Virus genome (UHGV): UHGV-1357019
From: a virus
DNA: 41,404 bases
Reading direction: 5' to 3' (one strand)
How positions within the stretch are numbered: position 1 is the stretch's first letter; the number at the start of each line of letters is the position of its first letter. The notes below the pieces were generated by a model. It ran no database searches, had not been told where the DNA came from, and saw nothing but the letters and a program-made list of their open reading frames with translations. This document shows positions 17,794 to 25,785 of this stretch, piece by piece. The position numbers were made by a program, and so were the translations under genes.

Positions 17794-17964
17794 ATGGAAA
17801 ACAGTAACCGAAATAGCGAAAACGATTTTGTCAATTTTTTTAAAGGATTAGACGAAAGCTATCAGCAGTACCTCATCAATGAAATGAAGAAGAAACCGCC
17901 AGATCACCAACCAGAGCTGAAAGCCGATATGGCGGAAAGTGAAGGTGGTCCGAAATCTCGTTAG
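17794..17964 (+). CDS. hypothetical small protein (56 aa)
   Basis: ATG 17794 after TAAGGAGCTGA, the same RBS context as the previous gene; read manually. Confidence 0.3.
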   Translation: MENSNRNSENDFVNFFKGLDESYQQYLINEMKKKPPDHQPELKADMAESEGGPKSR

Positions 17965-17995
17965 CTGTCGTTAAAGCTGAAAAGAGGAAAAAATA

Positions 17996-18217
17996 ATGGA
18001 TTTTCTTGAATTGAAACAGAAAAAAGAACGAGGGGTAACAAATGCAGAATTCATGGATGGGTCAAAGGAATTCTTTGAAAAAGCGGACAGCATTGTTGTT
18101 GTCGGCATTAACCCAGACGGAATTATTAGCACATTCTATACACAATCTACATCCACTAACGCTATTGGAATGATGGAAATCGCAAAACAACAACTAATCT
18201 CAGAATTGGAAGTCTAG
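17996..18217 (+). CDS. hypothetical protein
   Basis: ORF track; GAGGAAAAAATAATG. Confidence 0.4.
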   Translation: MDFLELKQKKERGVTNAEFMDGSKEFFEKADSIVVVGINPDGIISTFYTQSTSTNAIGMMEIAKQQLISELEV

Positions 18218-18286
18218 CCAAACGCTAAGGCTTTTTATTTTGCCTTCTTACTGCTTGCAGGCGTTAAAGAGAAAGCTGTCGCGAGT

Positions 18287-18328
18287 AATGGCGTAACCAT
18301 TAATTTATCGGGTTGTGGCGTAACCACT
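18287..18328. promoter_or_regulatory. direct repeat TGGCGTAACCA x2 upstream of the scaffold gene (possible late promoter or activator site)
   Basis: aatGGCGTAACCAttaatttatcgggttgtGGCGTAACCActtgg lies 15-50 bp upstream of the scaffold start. Confidence 0.3.
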
Positions 18329-18341
18329 TGGAGGAATACAC

Positions 18342-18983
18342 ATGAAGAAACGTTTATTAATGCCAGCATTTCCATTAAAAATGAACTTACAATTATTTGC
18401 TGAAGGTGGAGACGGCGGTACTGGTGATGGTGCTAATGGAGGAGCGTCGACTAACTCTCAACAAAGGCAACAGTCACAGAACGAAGGGCAACAATCCGAA
18501 GGCGGCGATGGTGAGCAAGGAACTGGCAAAACTTTTTCTCGTGATGAAGTAGGAAAAATGATTGCTGCTGAAACTAAGAAAGCTCGTGCTTCTTGGGAAA
18601 AAGAGTACGAGGAAAAGCAAGAAGAAGCGAAGAAACTAGCGAAAATGAACGCCGAAGAAAAGCTGAAGCATCAACTTGAGCAAAAAGAATCAGAAATCAA
18701 TGAGTTGAAACGTCAGCAGACTTTAACTGAGATGTCAAAAGAGGCATCTAAAATGCTCTCTGAGAACGAGTTGCCTTTTGATGATGATTTGCTTTCTTTG
18801 CTCGTTAGCGACGATGCAGAAGCAACGAAGAAAGCCACGAACGCAATTATCGCTTTTGCTTCGAAAATCAAGAAACAAAATGCTCGTCAAACTACACCAG
18901 GCGAGGGCGGACAGTTTGCAGCTGGCGAGTATTCAAAAAAGACTGTAGCTGATCTAGCTAAGAAAAACAGAATCATTAAATAG
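18342..18983 (+). CDS. scaffolding protein
   Basis: Position before the MCP; Gly/Gln-rich N-terminal region then a long charged coiled-coil; N-terminal KRLLM..MNLQLFA motif. Confidence 0.65.
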   Translation: MKKRLLMPAFPLKMNLQLFAEGGDGGTGDGANGGASTNSQQRQQSQNEGQQSEGGDGEQGTGKTFSRDEVGKMIAAETKKARASWEKEYEEKQEEAKKLAKMNAEEKLKHQLEQKESEINELKRQQTLTEMSKEASKMLSENELPFDDDLLSLLVSDDAEATKKATNAIIAFASKIKKQNARQTTPGEGGQFAAGEYSKKTVADLAKKNRIIK

Positions 18984-18996
18984 GAGGAAATACTAA

Positions 18997-19920
18997 ATGA
19001 AAAACAAACGATTAATGAATATGAATTTGCAATACTTTGCTCAGACTTGGAATCCCGACAACGTAACCGTCTATGAAACAAAAGAGGGTAAAATCCCCGA
19101 CAAGTACAACACGCTAATTTTGAATGAGGTAATGGAAAACTCTAAAATCATGCAATTAGCGAAATACGAAGAAATGACTGACAAGGAAAAGAAATTTGAA
19201 TACTTTGCTGAAGGTCCTGGCGCATACTGGGTTGGTGAAGGTGAAAAGATCAAGACGTCTAAACCAAAATGGTTAAATGCAACAATGGTCGCTAAGAAAT
19301 TGGGTGTAATCATTCCTGTTTCACGTGAGTATTTAACATACAAAATGTCAGATTTCTTTACTGCAATGCAGCCAAAAATTGCTGAAGCATTTTATAAAAA
19401 GTTTGACGCAGCGGCATTGTTAAACACTGACAATCCATTCCCACAATCGTTAGATGAATCAGTAGTCGCAGCTTCTAATGTCATCAACGGTCCATTGAGC
19501 TACGACAATATTTTAGCATTAGAAGATTTGCTAGGAGAAAACGAGTTTGAACCAAATGCGTTTATCTCAAATCGGAAAAACCGTACAGAACTGCGTGCTG
19601 CCGCTCAAACGGTTGGTTCAAATGTAGAATTCATTTATGATCGTGCAGCGAATACGATTGATGGTTTCCCTGTCGCTGACTTAAAAGCATTAGAAAAAGG
19701 CAATCTTTACGCTGGAGACTTCGATTATATGTTCTACGGTATTCCGTTTAATATCTCGTTCAAAATCTCGGAAGAAGCACAACTGTCAACATTAACGAAT
19801 GAAGATGGAACGCCAGTCAATTTGTTCGAACAAGAATTATTGGCTTTGCGTTGCACGATGGATGTAGGTTTCATGATCGTTAAAGACGAAGCTTTCGCGA
19901 AAATCAGCCCAAAAGCGTAG
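18997..19920 (+). CDS. major capsid protein
   Basis: 307 aa after the scaffold; N-terminal MNLQYFA motif; HK97-fold-sized. Confidence 0.75.
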   Translation: MKNKRLMNMNLQYFAQTWNPDNVTVYETKEGKIPDKYNTLILNEVMENSKIMQLAKYEEMTDKEKKFEYFAEGPGAYWVGEGEKIKTSKPKWLNATMVAKKLGVIIPVSREYLTYKMSDFFTAMQPKIAEAFYKKFDAAALLNTDNPFPQSLDESVVAASNVINGPLSYDNILALEDLLGENEFEPNAFISNRKNRTELRAAAQTVGSNVEFIYDRAANTIDGFPVADLKALEKGNLYAGDFDYMFYGIPFNISFKISEEAQLSTLTNEDGTPVNLFEQELLALRCTMDVGFMIVKDEAFAKISPKA

Positions 19921-20201
19921 CGCCTGCTACCGGAATCGTTCCAAGCCAAAAAACTTGGACCGGTAAGGTAGGCGATACTAAGACGTTTACGATCACTACA
20001 GATCCAGCTGATGCTTCTGATTCTGCAACAGTGATTGCAGCAACCACAGCTGCATCTAGCGATGAGTCAATCGTTACTGTTGCCAAGACTGGCGATGGAG
20101 TATTTGAAGCCACGATCGCTACAGCTGGAACAGCTACAATTAACTTCACGTCAGGAACGTTTACGACGTCAATTGCAGTTACAGCTCAAGCAGCCGGATA
20201 G
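19908..20201 (+). CDS. Ig-like (Big_2-type) C-terminal extension of MCP, reached by a putative -1 frameshift
   Basis: The -1 frame is open from 19884 to TAG 20199-20201; it has no ATG/GTG/TTG start and no RBS; it encodes a Thr/Ala/Ser-rich beta-sandwich-like sequence (TFTITTDPADASDSATVIAATTAASSDESIVTVAKTGDGVFEATIATAGTATINFTSGTFTTSIAV); the heptamer C CCA AAA at 19908-19914 fits XXXYYYZ. Confidence 0.5.
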   Translation, partial: PKSVAPATGIVPSQKTWTGKVGDTKTFTITTDPADASDSATVIAATTAASSDESIVTVAKTGDGVFEATIATAGTATINFTSGTFTTSIAVTAQAAG

Positions 20202-20212
20202 GCGGTGATCTT

Positions 20213-20545
20213 ATGGGTGAAACAATAGCAGAGGATGTTAAAAAGTTACTCTCTGGCTCAATTGATGATCGACTGGAAGTGATTGAGAGACGAACAAAGA
20301 GCCGCTTGGCTGGGATGCTCGGTGTTGAAACAGTTCCTGAATCATTTCAAGATATTTCGTATGAGGTAACATTGAAGCGATTCAATCGAGTTGGTCAAGA
20401 AGGAATGCAATCGTACTCGCAGGAGGGATTGTCAATGGTTTTTCCTGATTCTGATTTCGCTGAGTATCGTCGAGAAATTGACGAGTTCAAGGATAAGGAA
20501 AAAGGTCTGCTTGGTCCGCGAAAGGGCAAGGTGAGATTTTTATGA
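20213..20545 (+). CDS. head-tail connector (gp6/gp15-like)
   Basis: Position and size of the first gene after the capsid. Confidence 0.55.
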   Translation: MGETIAEDVKKLLSGSIDDRLEVIERRTKSRLAGMLGVETVPESFQDISYEVTLKRFNRVGQEGMQSYSQEGLSMVFPDSDFAEYRREIDEFKDKEKGLLGPRKGKVRFL

Positions 20546-20868
20546 GATACACTGAGGAGATTACGTTTGTTAAAGAGTCATCTAATTCTCATTACGATCC
20601 CGATTTGGGTGAATGGATTGAAGATGAACCGGAACGAACGAAAACACTCGCCAATGTAACGGATATGGGGACAGATCGAAGTGTAAAAGTTTTCGGGGAT
20701 ATACGAGAAGGGGCAAAGGTCATTCGGACCATGCCTCTTTTTTCTTTGCCTGAATTTGATCATATCGAGATTGATGGCAAGACATTCAAGGAAACCACTG
20801 CTAGAAATCCGTCAGGACGGCATAGTTTGATTGTGCAGGAGGTGGAGAGCGGTGGCCAAGTCATTTAA
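20542..20868 (+). CDS. head closure / head-tail adaptor protein
   Basis: Position, size, overlapping starts. Confidence 0.5.
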   Translation: MRYTEEITFVKESSNSHYDPDLGEWIEDEPERTKTLANVTDMGTDRSVKVFGDIREGAKVIRTMPLFSLPEFDHIEIDGKTFKETTARNPSGRHSLIVQEVESGGQVI

Positions 20869-21190
20869 AATTACTGGGCTAAATAAACTTTCTAGCAAGC
20901 TAAAGAAGAATGTAACGATGAATGATGTAAAACAGGTAGTGAAAAATAATACTGCTGAGTTAACAAATGCCGCTCAACGAAACGCGCCGGTGGATACTGG
21001 CTTTCTAAAGCGTTCAATCGTTATGGAGCTTGCAAACGGCGGCTACGTTGGGAGATCTATCGCAGGAGCTGAATACGCGCCTTACATTGAATACGGGACA
21101 CGTTTCATGGCGTCGCAACCATTTATGGCGCCTGCTTATAGGTTGCAAAAGAAAAAATTCAAGTCTGACTTAGAAAGGTTGATGAAATGA
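20852..21190 (+). CDS. HK97 gp10-like tail component
   Basis: GTG 20852 after AGGAGGTGGAGAG; N-terminus [13 protein letters not shown] resembles the gp10 family. Confidence 0.5.
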   Translation: MAKSFKITGLNKLSSKLKKNVTMNDVKQVVKNNTAELTNAAQRNAPVDTGFLKRSIVMELANGGYVGRSIAGAEYAPYIEYGTRFMASQPFMAPAYRLQKKKFKSDLERLMK

Positions 21191-21576
21191 TTAAAACACG
21201 TGATCAATCAATCTTTGATGAGATGTTCAAACGTTCGTTAGCATTGAAATTTTCGACATATGACTACAAGCCGCTAGATGATGTACCCTATCCATTCGTT
21301 GAATTTGAGGACACCCAAACAATCCATGAAGCAAACAAAACGGACGTAAAAGGTACGGTTAATTTAACGATTTCTGTTTGGGGATTGCAGAAAAAAAGAA
21401 AGCAGGTGTCTGACATGGCATCTGCTCTTTTTAATGAAGCGCTAAAAATAGTAGCAACAGACGGTTATTCGTGGTCGTTAAATGTTCAAGCAAGTGATAT
21501 CCGCTTAATGGATGACACGACGACGAACACGCCACTAAAACGAGCGATGCTTTCGCTTGAATTTAAACTTTTGTAG
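21187..21576 (+). CDS. tail completion protein
   Basis: Position before the major tail protein. Confidence 0.45.
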   Translation: MIKTRDQSIFDEMFKRSLALKFSTYDYKPLDDVPYPFVEFEDTQTIHEANKTDVKGTVNLTISVWGLQKKRKQVSDMASALFNEALKIVATDGYSWSLNVQASDIRLMDDTTTNTPLKRAMLSLEFKLL

Positions 21577-21587
21577 GAGGAATACAA

Positions 21588-22088
21588 ATGGCATTAAAAA
21601 AAGGTATTGACGTGATTTTGCTGTATCGCGAATTAGCAAAACAAGCAGAAGAATCAGCAAAAGTCGTTACGTATCAAACAGAACACACTTTCGGAATGTC
21701 ACGTAATACAGACTCGACTGAAACCAAAGATGGCACCGCTCAAACAGTAGGTGCTATCGAGTACGATTTTAGTTCGACAGCTTTGTATGATCGTGATAGC
21801 GATACGACCAAAATGCTTTACGATGCGTTTATGGCAAATAAAGAAGTTGAAGTATGGATCATCGATAAACTGAAAAAAGACACCGAAGGCAAGAAATTTG
21901 AAGCGAAATATATGCACGCACTAATTTCTAGCTATGAGGAAACGGCAGCTGCAGAAGATAACGTAGAAGTAAGTCTTGAGTATGCTGTTCAAATGGTCCA
22001 TCAAGACGGATATGCTACTTTGACCGCTGAACAAGAGAAACAAGTACAGTATGCGTTTGAAGATACAACGCCGAAAACAGGTGAATAG
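21588..22088 (+). CDS. major tail protein
   Basis: 166 aa, strong GGAGGA RBS, position before the chaperones and tape measure protein. Confidence 0.6.
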   Translation: MALKKGIDVILLYRELAKQAEESAKVVTYQTEHTFGMSRNTDSTETKDGTAQTVGAIEYDFSSTALYDRDSDTTKMLYDAFMANKEVEVWIIDKLKKDTEGKKFEAKYMHALISSYEETAAAEDNVEVSLEYAVQMVHQDGYATLTAEQEKQVQYAFEDTTPKTGE

Positions 22089-22125
22089 TTAGCCTAAACT
22101 ACCTTAATTTTTAGGAGGATGATTT

Positions 22126-22470
22126 ATGGAACAAACAATTAACGGCAAAGAATATAAATTTATTTTTGGATTTGGTTTTATTCAGGAACTGAACAGGCGT
22201 TATTCGGTAGAAGAACAGGGTATGACGATCAAGATGGGCTTAGATACAGTATTAGCCAATTTTTTTAATAAAGATGTTGAAACCCTAGTTGAAATTTTAA
22301 AGGTGGCGAATCAAACAGAGTCGCCAAAAATCAGTGTGAACGATTTAGCTGGCTTTGTCGAAGAAATTGGAAGCGAAAAGCTATTTGATGATGTGCTGGA
22401 AGAGTTAAAAAAGTCGGAATTTACCAAAGCGAAAACCAATCGGTTAGAAGAAATGATGAAAGATGCCTAG
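22126..22470 (+). CDS. tail assembly chaperone (G-like)
   Basis: Position between the major tail protein and the tape measure protein; acidic. Confidence 0.5.
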   Translation: MEQTINGKEYKFIFGFGFIQELNRRYSVEEQGMTIKMGLDTVLANFFNKDVETLVEILKVANQTESPKISVNDLAGFVEEIGSEKLFDDVLEELKKSEFTKAKTNRLEEMMKDA

Positions 22471-22511
22471 AAGATCCGGGTCAACTATATCGCGATGTAC
22501 AACTAAACTGC

Positions 22512-22787
22512 ATGCGATACTTAGGAATTGATGATTTTTTAGTTATCGACCGCATGACATTAGCTGAATACGAGCTTAGACTTACAGCTTATCAGCTTAA
22601 ACGGTTAGATGAGCAAGAGCTTATACATCAGCAAGCGTGGGCTAACTGGCAAGTACAAGCGACAGAACAGCGCGGGAAAAAGTCTGTTCCGGTATTCAAC
22701 TCCTTCAAGAAATTTTTTGATAAAGAGAAATACGAAAAAGAAATTTTAGGTGTGAAAGATGATACTCCTAAATTCGTAAACTCCTAG
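22512..22787 (+). CDS. second tail-chaperone ORF (T-like), expression mode unclear
   Basis: ORF in the -1 frame relative to the G-like gene, with no obvious RBS; no canonical slippery heptamer in the 10-nt overlap window. Confidence 0.35.
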   Translation: MRYLGIDDFLVIDRMTLAEYELRLTAYQLKRLDEQELIHQQAWANWQVQATEQRGKKSVPVFNSFKKFFDKEKYEKEILGVKDDTPKFVNS

Positions 22788-22804
22788 CGAAGGGAGGAAA
22801 AACG

Positions 22805-24985
22805 ATGGAAAGTTACTCGGTTGAAGCAATTCTTTCTGCAACAGATAAGAATTTCACTTCGACGATGAAAGCCGCGAACAGTTCCATGAACGGTTTAAAC
22901 GACAATTCAAAAAAGACACGCACATCAATTCTTGATATAGCAAAAGGGTTGGGCGTTTTTAGTGTTGTTCAAGGCGGAATTAACCTTGCTAAAAATGCGG
23001 TGGTCGGTCTAGGTGCTGAGTTATCTGCTAGTTCAGCTACGTGGAAAACATTCACTGGCAATATGGAAAATCTCGGTAAAAGCAAGAGCGAGATTGCAAG
23101 TGTTAAGAAAGAACTGCAAGATTTTGCGACACAAACGATCTACTCTGCGTCAGACATGGCAACGACTTATAGTCAGTTAGAAGCAGTTGGCATTAAGTCT
23201 TCTAACAAGCTAGTAAAAGGTTTTGGTGGACTAGCAGCTGCAGCTGAAAACCCTAAACAAGCTATGAAGACGTTGAGTCAACAAGCTACGCAAATGGCAG
23301 CTAAACCTACAGTCCAGTGGATGGACTTCAAGTTGATGTTAGAACAAACGCCAGCCGGAATGGCGGCTGTTGCGAAAACGATGGGTATGACGACGTCCGA
23401 ATTAGTAAAAAATGTTCAAGATGGTACTGTAAAAACACAAGAATTCTTTGATGCTGTTACTAAAACAGGTACTAACGATACATTCGGTAAAATGGCGACT
23501 GAATATAAAACAGTTGGTCAAGCAGTAGATGGATTAAAAGAAACGTTAGTGACTAAGTTACAACCAGCTTTTGACAAAGTTTCTGGTGTTGGTATTAAAG
23601 CTGTGGAAGGAATCATCGGAAAACTAGAAAAATTTAATTTTGATAAGTTTGTTTCTACGATTTCGGCTGGAGCTACGAAGGTTATTGACTATTTCAAGAA
23701 AATTTGGGAATCCTTAAAAAAAGGCCTTGAAGGATTTGATACGACTGGATTTAAAAAGATATTTGATACGGTCGTAAGCATTGCTAAGGTAGCGTTTGGA
23801 GTTATTCTAGCAATCTTACCTACTGTAGTTGAGTGGATCGGAAAATTAGCGACGTTTTTCAGTAAAGTAGTAACTGCTATTCAACCGTTCCTTCCGATTT
23901 TGTTACCTATCATCGGCGCATGGGCTGCCTTTATGATTCAACTAAAAGGAATCAGTACTGTTATCTTGATGTTCAAAAACTTAAAAACGGCTATTTCTGG
24001 TATAGTGACCACTTTTAAGATTTTGACTGCTATTATGGCAGCAAATCCTTTTGTGTTGATTGTAGGAGCGATCGTAGGACTGGTAGCAGCATTTGTCTAT
24101 TTGTGGAATACGAGTGAGAATTTTAGAAACTTCTGGATCAATTTGTGGGAAGCCATTAAAGTTTTGGTAAACGCGGCAGTTTCCGCGATTAAGTCTGCTT
24201 GGTCAGCGTTTAGCTCATGGTTCACTAACATTGTTTCAGGTGCTGTAACAGCTGTGGTTAACCGATGGAATAATTTCAAAACATCGACTGTCAATGCGTT
24301 TAATAACACAGTTCAAAGCGGTAAAAATATCTGGAATAACTTCAAATCTTGGATAATTGGATTGGTGTCAGGAGTCGTAAACAGTGTTTTAAACTGGTGG
24401 AACAATCTCAAACAAAATACGATTAATAATTTTAATCTAATTGTTGATGGAGCCAAAAGAGCATGGAATACGCTGACAGATTCGGTTAGAAATGTAGTGG
24501 ACACAGTAAAGAACGTTTTCGATGGTCTAAAAAATATTGACCTATTTTCTGCTGGAAAAGCTATCATAGATGGTTTTTTGAAAGGAATTAAGGAGAAGTT
24601 TGAAAGCGTGAAGTCTTTTGTCGGTGGTATTGCTGGTTGGATCAAGAAACATAAAGGACCAATTAGCTATGACAAACGGCTTCTAATTCCCGCAGGTAAT
24701 GCAATCATGGCTAGTTTGAACACGGGCCTAAAAGCTGGATTCGGAGCAGTCAAAAGCAACGTCTCGTCAATGGCCGATCGTTTATCGACGAGCTTTGATA
24801 TCGGAGGAAGATTGGCGAAAATGAGCAGCAGTATCGACGGAAAAGTGGAGCATGAAGTCAGCTACGGATCGCACAAGAAACCAACTGTGCTTAACGTAAA
24901 TATTGGCAATCAAAGCTTTAAGGCCTTTGTGGACGATATTTCGCAAGTGCAAGGACAAGAAAGGGATATAAACCTAGCATTTTAG
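22805..24985 (+). CDS. tape measure protein
   Basis: 726 aa, alpha-helical, with a central hydrophobic/TM block and repeated W/N-rich C-terminal repeats (NxWNNFK...). Confidence 0.8.
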   Translation: MESYSVEAILSATDKNFTSTMKAANSSMNGLNDNSKKTRTSILDIAKGLGVFSVVQGGINLAKNAVVGLGAELSASSATWKTFTGNMENLGKSKSEIASVKKELQDFATQTIYSASDMATTYSQLEAVGIKSSNKLVKGFGGLAAAAENPKQAMKTLSQQATQMAAKPTVQWMDFKLMLEQTPAGMAAVAKTMGMTTSELVKNVQDGTVKTQEFFDAVTKTGTNDTFGKMATEYKTVGQAVDGLKETLVTKLQPAFDKVSGVGIKAVEGIIGKLEKFNFDKFVSTISAGATKVIDYFKKIWESLKKGLEGFDTTGFKKIFDTVVSIAKVAFGVILAILPTVVEWIGKLATFFSKVVTAIQPFLPILLPIIGAWAAFMIQLKGISTVILMFKNLKTAISGIVTTFKILTAIMAANPFVLIVGAIVGLVAAFVYLWNTSENFRNFWINLWEAIKVLVNAAVSAIKSAWSAFSSWFTNIVSGAVTAVVNRWNNFKTSTVNAFNNTVQSGKNIWNNFKSWIIGLVSGVVNSVLNWWNNLKQNTINNFNLIVDGAKRAWNTLTDSVRNVVDTVKNVFDGLKNIDLFSAGKAIIDGFLKGIKEKFESVKSFVGGIAGWIKKHKGPISYDKRLLIPAGNAIMASLNTGLKAGFGAVKSNVSSMADRLSTSFDIGGRLAKMSSSIDGKVEHEVSYGSHKKPTVLNVNIGNQSFKAFVDDISQVQGQERDINLAF

Positions 24986-24999
24986 AAGGAGGATGAAGC

Positions 25000-25785
25000 G
25001 TGGAAGAATGGGAAAATCCAATGTATCAATTTAGAGACACAACGAAACGACCCGCTTACAAATCGTGGATTCCGACTTCTGCGATGATATACGGCGGTAC
25101 AATGATTGAAAAAATTATTCCCGGATACCAGACGCTATTCGTGGAAGGTCGCGAAATGCTGTCACTTGATTTGGAATCCGAGAAGAAGAATGTAGGGGTT
25201 CATATATCAGCACAGCGATTACCTGAACGCTCATTGATAATACACTACAAACTAACAGAGTCTAATCCAGTTGAGTTTCAGCGAAGCTTCAAAAAGCTGA
25301 TGCGAATTTTATACAAACAAGAAGATGTCGAGATTCATTTTAATGATGAACTCGACACTTTTTATTATGGCCGCTACTCTGCTGCAGAAAAAGTTCCAGG
25401 GAATACTGACAGCGTAGTTTCTAGTTACACAATTACTTGTCCAGATCCGCGAAAGTATTCAAGACAATTTGAAACAAACGGAGAAATATTCGAGTATATT
25501 CCTTACGACTCTGTTCCAGATTCAATAAGCTTTACTGCATCAAAAGACAACAGCGTCAAAGTGACGAACGGTCGACAAATAATTAGCATTTCAAATGCGG
25601 CTCTTAAAAAAGGTGATCGTGTCGAAATGTTAATCCGCGAGGGGAAAATACTGATCAACGGAGAGAACAAAACAAGAGTCCTTGATCTGACTAGCCCATT
25701 CAAAAGTTTCACTGTACGAACAGGAGAAGTTATCAAAAGTGACAACGGTACTCCTTTGATTAAGTATCGAGGGGTGTGGTTGTAG
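25000..25785 (+). CDS. distal tail protein (Dit)
   Basis: GTG start after GAAGGAGGA; position and size after the tape measure protein. Confidence 0.6.
   Translation: MEEWENPMYQFRDTTKRPAYKSWIPTSAMIYGGTMIEKIIPGYQTLFVEGREMLSLDLESEKKNVGVHISAQRLPERSLIIHYKLTESNPVEFQRSFKKLMRILYKQEDVEIHFNDELDTFYYGRYSAAEKVPGNTDSVVSSYTITCPDPRKYSRQFETNGEIFEYIPYDSVPDSISFTASKDNSVKVTNGRQIISISNAALKKGDRVEMLIREGKILINGENKTRVLDLTSPFKSFTVRTGEVIKSDNGTPLIKYRGVWL

Noticed and set aside
22458-22514. -1 programmed frameshift joining tail-chaperone ORFs 22126..22470 and 22512..22787 (G/GT paradigm)
   Set aside because: The -1 frame opens only at 22461, 8 nt before the G-like stop. No XXXYYYZ heptamer exists in that window (AGATGCC). 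The second ORF may be independently initiated or expressed by a non-canonical mechanism.
24097-24645. Minus-strand ORFs inside the tape-measure gene, and similar antisense ORFs at 19904..20149, 27266..27538, 30881..31162, 33642..34034 and 35722..35973
   Set aside because: These are shadow ORFs inside strongly supported genes. They have no RBS and a composition typical of antisense reading of coding sequence.
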